Positions 46,001 through 52,812 of a stretch of DNA of 64,000 nt are shown in pieces; the first letter of the stretch is position 1; every line of letters begins with the position of its first letter. The translations under genes and the position numbers were made by a program. The notes under the pieces are model-generated. The model had not been told where the DNA came from and made no database searches. It saw only the letters and a program-made list of their open reading frames with translations. The DNA comes from Kiritimatiellia bacterium (GTDB taxonomy: Bacteria; Verrucomicrobiota; Kiritimatiellia; RFP12; UBA1067): positions 49 through 64,048 of the forward strand of contig JAILJX010000124.1 of NCBI GenBank assembly GCA_024694365.1, given 5' to 3'.

Positions 46001-47866
46001 ATCAAGGCTGCGGGCGGCGGCTACTCGGGGGGCGCGGGCATAGGCTCGGGCGCGAACGGCTCGAATGCGATGGTGTCGATTTCGGGCGGAATAGTCGAGG
46101 CGGCCGGCGCGGGAGCCGGCGCGGGAATCGGCGCCGGCGCTTTCGCTTCGGGAGGGACCGTATCGATAGTCGGCGGGACGGTATCGGCGTCGGGGAGCCC
46201 CGACGCGGGCGGCACCGGCATGAAGAACTTCATCACGGGCGGCAGCATGTTCCTCGCCGCGACCAATGCGGTGCCCGCGATGACCAACTTGACGAGGCGC
46301 GCGTGGCATTCTCCCCTCCCGGGCTTCAATCCGAACGCCGCGATTTCATTCCGCCGCATCGACGCCCCCGACTACGGGACGAACGGCATATACTCCGACG
46401 CGAACGGAACGATTCACCTTTGGCTTCCCGAGACGAACAAAGTGCAGTGGGTGATCGCGAGCGACGGCGAAAACGAGATCGCATACGGCTTCAACGTGAC
46501 GACCAACGGGTCGGAGAAGGTCGACCCCGTGGGGCTGACGGTCAACGGCTGCACCATAGTCGGCGATGCGAGCGAAACCGGGACGGGATGGACTTTCGAC
46601 GCGGCTTCGACCAACCTCATAGTCACCGGCAGCGGCAACGAAATCGGAACTCAGCGCGGATATGTCGCTACGAACATATGCATCACGGTCAAGGACGATG
46701 CGGCCGAAGTCGTCTTCCGCGACCTGAGGGCCGTCGGCAGGGGAACCGTCAGCACGGGCCGTTCGCCCGTCATAATCTCGAACGAATGCGTCATTGCCAT
46801 CGGGGGGACGAACCACGTGGCGGGCTGGGGCAGGAACGCAGCGGCCATCGAAGTCGTTTCGCCCGCGGCGCTGACGCTTGAAGGTGACGGAGCGCTCCTC
46901 GCCGAAGGTGGCAACTACGGCGCGGGGATAGGCTCGGCCGGCGGCTTGAAGTATACGGCCGGCAAGATAACGATCGAAGGCGGCGACATAACCGCGATAG
47001 GCGGCAAGAACGCCTGCGGGGTCGGCGGCGGACAGGCCTCCGCTTTCGAGGGTCTCACGGTGAACGGCGGACGCCTCCGCGCGAAGGGGGACGGACAGTC
47101 CACGGCCATAGGCTACGGGGCGCAGAACAAGGGCACTCCGGCGTTGGATATGATAACCGTCACGGACGGCACGGTAGAGCTGGAAATGGGCGGTTTCGCC
47201 AGGTACGACTGGTTCTTCAGCGGCTCCACGGTTCCGGACATAACGGAGGGCACCGGGGCCAGGGTCTCGGGCGGAAGCATCGTTCTGGGGAACAACGAGT
47301 CCTTGCTGATGACGCCGAACCCGTCGCCGAAAGGCGGCGATGGCAATACCGTCGTCCCGGTCTGGTTCACGAATCTTACAGCAAACGCGAAAATACCGGT
47401 AATTTGCGATGACTACGGCTCGGACAGCATATATGCCGACAAGTACGGACGCATCTGCCTCTGGCTGCCTGCAACCGCAGAGGCCGTCGATTACACCATA
47501 AGCGTCGACGGTAAAGTGTATGTCGCGACGGTGAGGCTCGACAACATATCCCAGACGGCGTCCGGAGCTTCCGTGTCGACGATGTCGCTCACGGGCAGCG
47601 AGCCCGAGATGTTCGCACTTATGGGAATATCGTTCGGGGCGGACACTGTGACGCTGGACATCGCCTCCGAGCCTGAGGCGTGGACCATGTACAACGCGGG
47701 CCGCTTCAGGGTGAGGGGCGCGGGCAGCCTTCCGTTCAAGGGGACGTCCGACGAGCTCGTCGAACCGGAGACCGTCGTCGTCAAGGACAATGGCGACGGC
47801 ACTTTTTCCGTGACGGTCCCGCGCGAAGAAAATGTCAATTTCTATAGGGTCGAGGCCTCAGACTGA
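40007..47866 (+). CDS. Giant (2,619 aa) modular beta-helical surface protein / putative adhesin
   Basis: Single uninterrupted ORF. Sec or lipoprotein-like N-terminus MRMNLPKCVLGVAACS. Gly-rich region, then one Listeria-Bacteroides (InlB-B type) repeat FLGWWTTPSGEG...YARW. Six modules are rich in GAGIGGG coils. No recognised C-terminal anchor. Confidence 0.8.
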   Translation: MRMNLPKCVLGVAACSVALSARLLYANCAVKELPGYAGATLADNTIYKVSADMSIASMTAGQSAVNIAENAAVVLEIAEGATLTVKGCDGSSYHGGGAGISVPSSSRLFVTGKGSLIAEGGAAGAGSNGSAGGNASLDKDHKDEGWSVSGVGGAGGAGGGGAGAGIGTAGGAGGAGGAGGDSVSRQTYWSAHRASGNAGAGGGAGSDSAAMGSVYVLGSVTVAATSGGSGSSGGTGGKSGSSANDAGSGWANNYTVGGGGGGGGGGSGDLPSYGIGSGGPGGGGGGGGGSGAIAVHDGNDNSWAVGWGQGGAGGLGAVSGGAGGSGGDREVVCYNAGQTVYGGFGGSGSWDGSRGDDGSLYADSTASVTSSNSREPASFSGISSAFHTVSVMFDSCQDGMPDETVVMGFAEKMPVAPVRRKFGLAFLGWWTTPSGEGECICTADGTWKYAASPWTEGLTLYARWAQLGLTVNGEPVANLAGSGWRFDSVANVVRLTGSDNVISGTGEGIGIAVAADCRVVASNLIVTASVDVAPFDCGACEVELLLAGTNVFANTSTDAASSAPGIRVEAGARLVIGAAGAGAAKVSGGAGSAGIGGAPGKDCGEIEITGGTLDVAGEYGAIGQTDIGAGEGASGGKVIITGGSCNMGSMMANPALSNATEVVGCVIMENLAPGASIRLVGLGDYGDEGILADPSGNVYIWLPYGYRRFGYEDAEGLHPLEATAGAAPSVAAAGTMVGVEVDGLDIAFGKGEGWRRSESTIFIDGTKECAVSGLATNISLQAVADCTVVASNLTLVAESQIVPFECFGKSVVLKLAGTNAFESLAAEGDNYMSRPGLHVANGAKLTITNAADSARLYAAGAHNSPGIGASFGNDAGRIEICGGDIEAKAGTNSPGIGFGNPMPGDEVDISITGGRVHAHGAAGYPGIGGNDGGAIAVSGGVVTSIGGSSASGLGASYNGHIDSISISGGTVFAKGSSSTCDILLGPGATGATRVTGGSVLPMNGRMDPAFSNATERVWHVTVEGFAADTAVKAYASCGYGTKDMTTDGDGKLHFWLPDGRHALGVVDAEGEHPFTVTVDGADATAQSSKLRGIAIDGVNIALGGGEGWSYVYDTTYGESYGQWVAMLDGTKDCVISGSDKDVCIKAGADASATVSNLRIETDSSATFPPVCCNGHKLKLTLAGDALLSGKGKSGTPGIRVKGDGSSLVIDGAGGVLTAEGGSFAPGIGGDSVNPASGTIEIIGGTVVAGGPYIAIGNGSSATGVGTTIIRGGSVFRKSGEMNPAVKAAGGLVNACCVTVTNLTPNAAIEVTGLGTYGKKGIKSDANGSIYLWLPDGSFNFGVIDGGVQLPLQATVDGADTYATSSHLYGLYVDGVDIGMGGGDGWRFAAVGSSTNVFFDGTAKCTVSGSGRGIALTAEADATITIDSLALTNNLAPAIDCAGHSLSLVLAGTNTITGKGDYPAVRCVEGSSLGISRADGAEGVLYAESDGWGAAGIGGGYARDPFEASGAITVFSGTIVATGSFGGAGIGGGYNGAGYVTVAGGVVTATGGAWSAGIGGGAYTNGNVSISGGTVVAKGDYIGTSSGSSDIGGTLSCVGCNTVTGGSVKLATGFASPALSNATERVWCVTVEGLAANAATTVIGLASYGAADLRTDDEGKLYLWLPDGKYRFATGDGESEIPWYANVDGADTLAVDGRRGITINGRNVGLAYGEGWSADADIENITLTGEVDYIISGTDTNMSFAVAADSTVALSNLTVNCRGRTVFDCGSSKVAMTLFGTNGLYNIYDNDRICAPGIRVPSGAVLTIGECDGVLNTQGARGSAGIGSGHNESCGTVRITGGTVKSTGGYYGAGIGCGDSAVNSAVIAISGGKVEAIGGDYAAGIGAGEACTGNGLAIAITGGDVYARGCDHAAGIGGGSHVTITSPNVHCGTVTISGGNVKADGGQDAAGIGGGSIGSATVVISGGTIEAESFEYGGGAGIGGGKSGDGAVVQISGGRIKAAGGGYSGGAGIGSGANGSNAMVSISGGIVEAAGAGAGAGIGAGAFASGGTVSIVGGTVSASGSPDAGGTGMKNFITGGSMFLAATNAVPAMTNLTRRAWHSPLPGFNPNAAISFRRIDAPDYGTNGIYSDANGTIHLWLPETNKVQWVIASDGENEIAYGFNVTTNGSEKVDPVGLTVNGCTIVGDASETGTGWTFDAASTNLIVTGSGNEIGTQRGYVATNICITVKDDAAEVVFRDLRAVGRGTVSTGRSPVIISNECVIAIGGTNHVAGWGRNAAAIEVVSPAALTLEGDGALLAEGGNYGAGIGSAGGLKYTAGKITIEGGDITAIGGKNACGVGGGQASAFEGLTVNGGRLRAKGDGQSTAIGYGAQNKGTPALDMITVTDGTVELEMGGFARYDWFFSGSTVPDITEGTGARVSGGSIVLGNNESLLMTPNPSPKGGDGNTVVPVWFTNLTANAKIPVICDDYGSDSIYADKYGRICLWLPATAEAVDYTISVDGKVYVATVRLDNISQTASGASVSTMSLTGSEPEMFALMGISFGADTVTLDIASEPEAWTMYNAGRFRVRGAGSLPFKGTSDELVEPETVVVKDNGDGTFSVTVPREENVNFYRVEASD
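40361..41085 (+). repeat. In-frame Gly-rich low-complexity coding region with short exact direct DNA repeats
   Basis: Runs such as GGGGGGGGGGSG and GGPGGGGGGGGGSG. The 25-nt string GGAGGCGGTGGAGGCGGCTCCGGCG occurs at both 40787-40811 and 40856-40880. Confidence 0.75.
41411..47535 (+). repeat. Six tandem, diverged, length-variable protein modules inside the giant ORF
   Basis: Modules start near 41411, 42221, 43283, 44114, 45104 and 46535 (270, 354, 277, 330, 477 and ~333 aa). Each reads ..(V/I)xG....G(E/D)GW.. / LAGTN / PGIRV / n x [I(S/T)GG.V.A.GG..AGIGGG] / SNATE(R)VW.VTVEGL / Y(L/F)WLP. Confidence 0.75.
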
Positions 47867-47875
47867 CTCAAAATG

Positions 47876-47884
47876 TGATATAAT
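47876..47884 (+). promoter_or_regulatory. Extended -10 box TGATATAAT: candidate promoter of the T3SS operon
   Basis: TGATATAAT at 47876-47884 starts 10 nt after the giant-gene stop and ends 16 nt before ATG 47901. No SD in between, so the leader is short. Confidence 0.5.
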
Positions 47885-47900
47885 ATAGCAAATCCAAAGA

Positions 47901-48305
47901 ATGCAAATTAACCTCCTAGCGCGATTGGCAGAGGCTATCGGGTATCCAGACAAGGTGCCCGATGACGTTTTGTCGTTTGTTTTCCGCATCGACGGCGCTG
48001 AGATAAAGGCGTTCTCGTCAGGAGAGTCCGTAAGGTTGGTTTGCGAAATTGACGCCGGCGAGGACGACTTGCCCGCGTTGGCCGACTGGGCCGTCGGGAG
48101 GATGCTGAGGGAAGAGGCGACGCTTGCGGCCGCGCCGTCGGGTAAGCCTTTTCTCTGGCAGGAGGCGTCCGCGAAGGCGGACGGTCCGTCGTTGAGAAGA
48201 TTCTTCGAGAAGTTCCTCGATTCGTGCGACTGGTGGCGGGCGCGTGCGGAAGAGAAGGAATCTGGGGGCGCGCCGCGATTCCCCAGCGTGATGATAAGGC
48301 CATGA
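47901..48305 (+). CDS. Class I T3SS chaperone, YscB-like
   Basis: 134 aa, small and acidic. N-terminus MQINLLARLAEAIG... and fold pattern fit CesT/SycE/YscB-type chaperones. Sits directly upstream of sctC, as yscB does in Ysc-type loci. Confidence 0.6.
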   Translation: MQINLLARLAEAIGYPDKVPDDVLSFVFRIDGAEIKAFSSGESVRLVCEIDAGEDDLPALADWAVGRMLREEATLAAAPSGKPFLWQEASAKADGPSLRRFFEKFLDSCDWWRARAEEKESGGAPRFPSVMIRP

Positions 48306-48314
48306 GGAGTTGAG

Positions 48315-50252
48315 ATGATCAAAAAGCTGATTATGGCGGTTGCGATGGCTTTTGCGGCGCTTGCTGGCGCCGCCGGAGACATCCCGTGGAAGCTGCCTGC
48401 TTACACGCTCGTGGCGCGGAACATGGATCTGCGCGTCGCGCTCAACGCTTTCGCCGTCGCCGAGGGGCTTTCGATAGTGATATCCGATTCCGTCACGGGT
48501 CAGTTCTCGGGTGAATTCAAGGATGTCCCCGCCGGCGAATTCCTGGAAAAGCTGGCGACGGTCCACAATTTCACCTGGTACTACGATGGCGCGGCTCTCT
48601 ATCTGTACTCGGCCGGCGAGATACGCACGCTTCTTCTTGATCTCAAGTACATGAAGGCCGGCGAGGTCCGCACGATGCTCCGCGAGCTTGGGGTGGAGGA
48701 CGCCCGCTTCCCCATCAGGACGACGTCCAACGACGAGCTGATTCTCATATCCGGTCCGCCGCGCTATGTGGCAATCGTGGCCGAGACCATCGCCAAGGCC
48801 GACAATCTCAGGGAGGCGCGCTCGTTCAACGAGATAGAGGTCAAGATATTCCCCTTGAAGCATACCTGGGCCGACACCGTGAGCTTCAGCGTCAGCAGCC
48901 CCGAGTCGACCGTCGCCATAAAGGGGATCGCGCAGATTCTCGACGAGATAATGAACCACGATGCGACGCTGTCCGCGTCGGTGGAATCCATAGCGAAGGA
49001 CGGCGCCGACAAGGCCGACAAGCCGAAGGCCGAGAAGCCCGAGAACGGCCCGGTCAACTCTTTCCGCCCGGTGATACGCGCGGAAAACAGGCTCAACGCC
49101 GTCATAGTCAGGGACGTCAAGTCTCGCCTTCCCATGTACGGGGAGCTCATACGCCAGCTCGACGTTCCGCAGAAGCTGGTGGAGATAACGGTCACGGTCG
49201 TGGAGCTGAGCCAGAACGACGCGCTCGATTGGCAGCTCTCGCTTGCGCTGCAGTCCGCCCACGGCCATTCCGACTTCGGCGCAGGGCAGAACGCCGTGAA
49301 CATCTTCGAGCCTGCGGAACTCGCCGGAATGGGCTTCGCCGGCGCCTTGACCCACATCCACTCAAGCTACCGCCTCGGCGCCTCGCTTACGGCCCTGAGG
49401 CAGAAGGGCAAGGCGAGAAACATCTCGCGCACGACGCTTCTTACGGTGAACAATCTCGCCGCGAGGATGAGCGATTCGCAAAGCTACCATGCGCGCGTCG
49501 TCGGCACCGAGGTCGCGACGCTCGAGGAGGTCACCGCCGGCACCGATCTCGTGATCAAGCCGCGCATCATACCCTCCGGGATCACCAACGTGCCCGACCG
49601 CGTATGGCTCTCTATGGAGCTTGACGACGGCGGCTTCGAGACCGTGACGGTCGACTCCATGCCGATGACGAGAACCTCCACCCTCCAGACGCAGACCGCC
49701 GTCTTCGAGAACGACTCGATAATGCTCGCGGGCTATCTGAGGGATGTCGAGCATGATGCCGGATGGGGGATCCCTTATCTCAGGGACATCCCCTGGATCG
49801 GCTGGCTGTTCGGCGGCTCGTCCGTGAGCAAGGAGACCGTGCAGAGGATGTTCATCTTCACCCCCCACATCGTCGACATCGACGCGGAGAATCTCGCCCG
49901 CAGCCAGGCGGCGAGGCTGAGGGATGTCGTGGAGGCGGAGATGATGCAGGACGATGCCGCGGAGTCCGACGGGGAGCGCCGCCTGCGCAAGCTCGAGCGC
50001 GATGCGGAGTCCGACCGCCGCAGCGAGAAGGCCGACGACAGGTACCGCCGGCGCGAGGCCGAACTGGAGCATGCCGGGGCCGTGCGCAAGGTCGAGCGCG
50101 AGCGCGAGAGGGACAGGCTTGACGACGACATCCGCGGATGGGAGATACTCGAGGAGATGGAGGCCGACGAGCTCGCGCTCGAGCGGTCCAGGCGGGAGGC
50201 GCGGATGCGCTCCGCGGAAAATCCGGCGGACGGCGCGGAGGAAGGCGACTGA
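48315..50252 (+). CDS. sctC: T3SS outer-membrane secretin SctC (YscC/InvG family) with long charged C-terminal tail
   Basis: 645 aa. Signal peptide. N-domain YTLVARNMDLRVALNAFAVAEGLSIV / NFTWYYDGAALYLY. Secretin core NRLNAVIVRD..., RNISRTTLLTVNN..., IPYLRDIPWIGWLFGG...MFIFTPHIV. Confidence 0.9.
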   Translation: MIKKLIMAVAMAFAALAGAAGDIPWKLPAYTLVARNMDLRVALNAFAVAEGLSIVISDSVTGQFSGEFKDVPAGEFLEKLATVHNFTWYYDGAALYLYSAGEIRTLLLDLKYMKAGEVRTMLRELGVEDARFPIRTTSNDELILISGPPRYVAIVAETIAKADNLREARSFNEIEVKIFPLKHTWADTVSFSVSSPESTVAIKGIAQILDEIMNHDATLSASVESIAKDGADKADKPKAEKPENGPVNSFRPVIRAENRLNAVIVRDVKSRLPMYGELIRQLDVPQKLVEITVTVVELSQNDALDWQLSLALQSAHGHSDFGAGQNAVNIFEPAELAGMGFAGALTHIHSSYRLGASLTALRQKGKARNISRTTLLTVNNLAARMSDSQSYHARVVGTEVATLEEVTAGTDLVIKPRIIPSGITNVPDRVWLSMELDDGGFETVTVDSMPMTRTSTLQTQTAVFENDSIMLAGYLRDVEHDAGWGIPYLRDIPWIGWLFGGSSVSKETVQRMFIFTPHIVDIDAENLARSQAARLRDVVEAEMMQDDAAESDGERRLRKLERDAESDRRSEKADDRYRRREAELEHAGAVRKVERERERDRLDDDIRGWEILEEMEADELALERSRREARMRSAENPADGAEEGD

Positions 50253-50253
50253 A

Positions 50254-50871
50254 ATGGCAGAGGCGGCGAAAATCGAGAACGGCTTCGCTGAAGTCGGACC
50301 GGGTGAGTGGCTCATGGGCCGCTCGCAGCCGGCGGCTTCGTTCGAAGAGGCCGTCCGCCGCCGCCGCACCGGATGGCGCGTTCCCGACAGGTGCGCGCTC
50401 GATCTCGTCGCGACTTCGGGCAACGCCTACTGCTCCGATGCGCTGAAGCCTTTTCTTACGTTTCTGCCGTGCGCGGCCCCCATATCGGCCGTTTCCGCGA
50501 AGGTGCTCGTCGCTCCCGCCAGTGCGCGCACCGGCGCCTCTTTCGTGAGGGCCGTGCCTATGAGCGTGCGCGGCGGGGTGACCGTGACTGAGTTCGGTTC
50601 GGAATGGATCGTCCTCGCGACAAAGAGCCGCGTCAGGCGCATTGTCGTGGAGGACGGCGCGACGCTGTCCGCGAGGCCGGAGTCTGTCGTGGCGTGGAAG
50701 GGCCCGAGGCCCACGGGATTCTGTCCGAAACTCCGGCTTATGGACATCCTCCTGCCGAGGGGTCCTAGGAACCTCATTTTCCATTTCCACGGCCCGTCCG
50801 TCGTTTGGGTAGAAGGGTCTGTCGACAGGCGCGAGCTGCCCGTCATGAACCGCGGAAGGAGGGTCGCCTGA
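50254..50871 (+). CDS. Hypothetical T3SS-embedded protein (205 aa), possibly AIM24/DUF124-like beta-sandwich
   Basis: ATG lies 1 nt after the sctC stop, and its stop overlaps the sctW start (TGATG). No signal peptide or TM. The C-terminal ...VVAWKGPRP...LIFHFHGPSVVWVEGS resembles AIM24-family endings (weak recall-based call). Confidence 0.45.
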   Translation: MAEAAKIENGFAEVGPGEWLMGRSQPAASFEEAVRRRRTGWRVPDRCALDLVATSGNAYCSDALKPFLTFLPCAAPISAVSAKVLVAPASARTGASFVRAVPMSVRGGVTVTEFGSEWIVLATKSRVRRIVVEDGATLSARPESVVAWKGPRPTGFCPKLRLMDILLPRGPRNLIFHFHGPSVVWVEGSVDRRELPVMNRGRRVA

Positions 50872-52052
50872 TGGCTTTCGACCCTGTTCAGATGCTGCGC
50901 CAGACGTATGCGCAGGACGCGGACGCGCTCCGGATGATGGAGCTCGCCTCGGGCAAGGGCGCGGAAGCCGCCGGCGCGAAGGCCGCCGAGACGGGGACCA
51001 TCAACGGCACTGCGTTTCAGGTGCAGTCCGATCCGCTCTCGGAGCTGATGGATTCGATGGAGGAGCTCTCGTTTCAGTTCGAGGAGAAGGCGCAGAAGAA
51101 GATTTCGGACCGCAAAATGGGCGAGATGCAGGGTCCGAGAACGGCTTATCTCAAGGCCATAGAGGCGTGGCAGGCGACTTTCCCCGACATGCCCGACGCC
51201 GAGTTCCTCGCCAAGCTGATGCGGATGGCCCGCCAGGCGATGGCCCGGGGCGGGGCTTTTGACGCGCAGGACCTGTTGAAGGAGCTTTCGCGCGGGTCGA
51301 CCGATCCCAGCCACCAGTTCGCGATGCTGGACATCCTCGAGCAGGGCTGCGCAGACGCGGAAGGCGATCTGAAGGCCCTCGTGCGCGAAGCGCGCGCCCA
51401 GCTCGAAAAGGCGAAGGGTCCGGAGATACGCGCCGGACTCAACCTCGCGCAGGAGATAAACGCCAGGGCCGGAACGCCCGGCGAGATGCAGAACCTGCGA
51501 GACCTCTACAGAGGCGAGGTCGTCGGGTTCACTTCGCCGCAGCAGTGCTTCCGCTCTCTGCTCGCGAGCTCCGGTCCCGAAGGTTTGAGGGGATCGATAG
51601 AGTTTCTCATCGCCAGCTGCGGAATAGACATGCAAAGCGCCTCGCCGTCTCTGTCCTCCGAGGCCCTCGGACGCATCCTCACCGATCTGCAGTGCGTCGA
51701 CGTCCTCCAGACCGTTTTGGACGATTTGACCGCTCTCGCGGACAGGATGGGCTCGCAGTTCGGCGAGAAGTGCCTTTTGGACGGTCAGCAGCTGTCCGGG
51801 CGGGTTCTTGACTTCACCGAGCAGGCGTTCGTCGCGCCGGGCGGCATCGCCGCGCTCGTGACGGATTGCGGGATCATGAAGCTTCTTGCCCAGATGGATT
51901 TCTCGCGCGAACTCATAAGGCTCTTCAGGCGGCTCTCGCCGCGCCTTTTTGCGCGCGAATCCGACCGCAAGCAGCTCGTGGACGCGGCCCAGGAGCATCT
52001 TGACGGACTCGTCATGAAGGAGATGGAAGAAGAGGAGGAGGGCGCTGCATGA
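50871..52052 (+). CDS. sctW: T3SS gatekeeper SctW (YopN/CopN/MxiC family) with fused TyeA-like C-terminus
   Basis: 393 aa. HrpJ/YopN-like helical region (LSELMDSMEELSFQFEEK..., LRDLYRGEVVGFTSPQQCF). C-terminal LIRLFRRLSPRLFARESDRKQLVDAAQEHLD...EEEEE resembles TyeA. Confidence 0.8.
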   Translation: MAFDPVQMLRQTYAQDADALRMMELASGKGAEAAGAKAAETGTINGTAFQVQSDPLSELMDSMEELSFQFEEKAQKKISDRKMGEMQGPRTAYLKAIEAWQATFPDMPDAEFLAKLMRMARQAMARGGAFDAQDLLKELSRGSTDPSHQFAMLDILEQGCADAEGDLKALVREARAQLEKAKGPEIRAGLNLAQEINARAGTPGEMQNLRDLYRGEVVGFTSPQQCFRSLLASSGPEGLRGSIEFLIASCGIDMQSASPSLSSEALGRILTDLQCVDVLQTVLDDLTALADRMGSQFGEKCLLDGQQLSGRVLDFTEQAFVAPGGIAALVTDCGIMKLLAQMDFSRELIRLFRRLSPRLFARESDRKQLVDAAQEHLDGLVMKEMEEEEEGAA

Positions 52053-52429
52053 TACCTGAATGGATATCGGCCCCCATACGCGAATTCGGCCGCGCCGCCG
52101 GATTGGACGGCTTCGCCCTGAACGGGCGCGGCGTCGCCTCGGTGTCGTTCGAAACTGGCTCGACGCTATCCTTCGAGTTTGCCGACGATTCGCTTTCGAT
52201 TGTCATGACCGTCCCCGCCGGAGGCGATCCCGCCACTGCGAGAGGCATTCTCTGCGAGGCGAATCCGGATGCGAGGCGCGCTTTCCGCGTGCGCGCGGGC
52301 CGGCGCGAAAAGACCGGCCGCGCCGTGTTCGCGGAGCGTCTGGCGGCGCGCGACGTGACGACGCCGGCCATAAGCGCCGCATTTTCCGATCTTTGGCGCA
52401 TAACATCAGAATACGGAGGAGCAAGATGA
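52049..52429 (+). CDS. Class I T3SS chaperone, SycN-like
   Basis: 126 aa. ATGA overlap with the sctW stop. N-terminus MIPEWISAPIREFGRAAGL... and size and position (immediately after the gatekeeper) match SycN/Pcr2. Confidence 0.6.
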   Translation: MIPEWISAPIREFGRAAGLDGFALNGRGVASVSFETGSTLSFEFADDSLSIVMTVPAGGDPATARGILCEANPDARRAFRVRAGRREKTGRAVFAERLAARDVTTPAISAAFSDLWRITSEYGGAR

Positions 52430-52812
52430 GTCTTGGCGTGTCGAGAACGACAAACCCGATAAGGTTTGACACCGGCATCGGCAAAGCCGATTACGCCGAG
52501 GTCATGTCAGACCCCGCGGCAGGCTCGGCGCAGCGTCCGCTGCTCCCCGGCTCCACCACCGTTTCGCAGGCTCTCGACGAGATTTTCCCCACGGGACGCG
52601 ATGTCGGCGGAGAGATACAGAGGGCGCTCGTGGCGGACAATTCGACATCCCTGAGGACGTCCGCAGGATTCAACCAGACGGCGCGCGACACCCTCGCGGC
52701 GCTGAGAAACGGCGGAACCGAGGCCGCTTCGCTCGCTGCGGACGAAATCGATGCGCTGCTGGCCGATACCGACCTCTTCGAACACTATCGCATGGCATTG
52801 CTGGAGACCTGA
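52426..52812 (+). CDS. Small T3SS protein, SctX (YscX/Pcr3)-like by size and position
   Basis: 128 aa. ATGA overlap upstream and TGATG overlap with the sctV start. No TM or signal peptide. Occupies the position immediately before sctV, as yscX does in Ysc loci apart from the missing yscY. Sequence resemblance is weak. Confidence 0.4.
   Translation: MSLGVSRTTNPIRFDTGIGKADYAEVMSDPAAGSAQRPLLPGSTTVSQALDEIFPTGRDVGGEIQRALVADNSTSLRTSAGFNQTARDTLAALRNGGTEAASLAADEIDALLADTDLFEHYRMALLET

Noticed and set aside
44306-46309. 667-aa minus-strand ORF inside the giant gene (with many other 60-500-aa antisense or off-frame ORFs at 40.2-47.9 kb)
   Set aside because: It is nested antisense in a continuous 7.9-kb ORF with clear repeat structure. 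The Arg/Pro/Ala-rich translations reflect GC-rich codon complementarity, not genes.
40007-48305. Giant protein as a T3SS effector served by the adjacent class I chaperone (47901-48305)
   Set aside because: The giant has a hydrophobic Sec or lipoprotein-type N-terminus and a size and beta-helix architecture unlike T3SS substrates. The chaperone matches the YscB position upstream of sctC and more plausibly serves SctW.
49954-50253. Upstream extensions of small T3SS ORFs (49954-50253, 52060-52425, 55336-56091, 56645-56728, 58701-59075)
   Set aside because: These extensions overlap the preceding well-supported genes in another frame. Internal ATG/GTG codons forming ATGA/TGATG junctions give products of the expected family sizes.
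50254-50871. Unknown gene as SctQ (SpoA domain) or as the secretin pilotin
   Set aside because: I could not recognise a SpoA-like C-terminal motif. There is no signal peptide or lipobox, so neither assignment is supported, and it is kept as an unknown.
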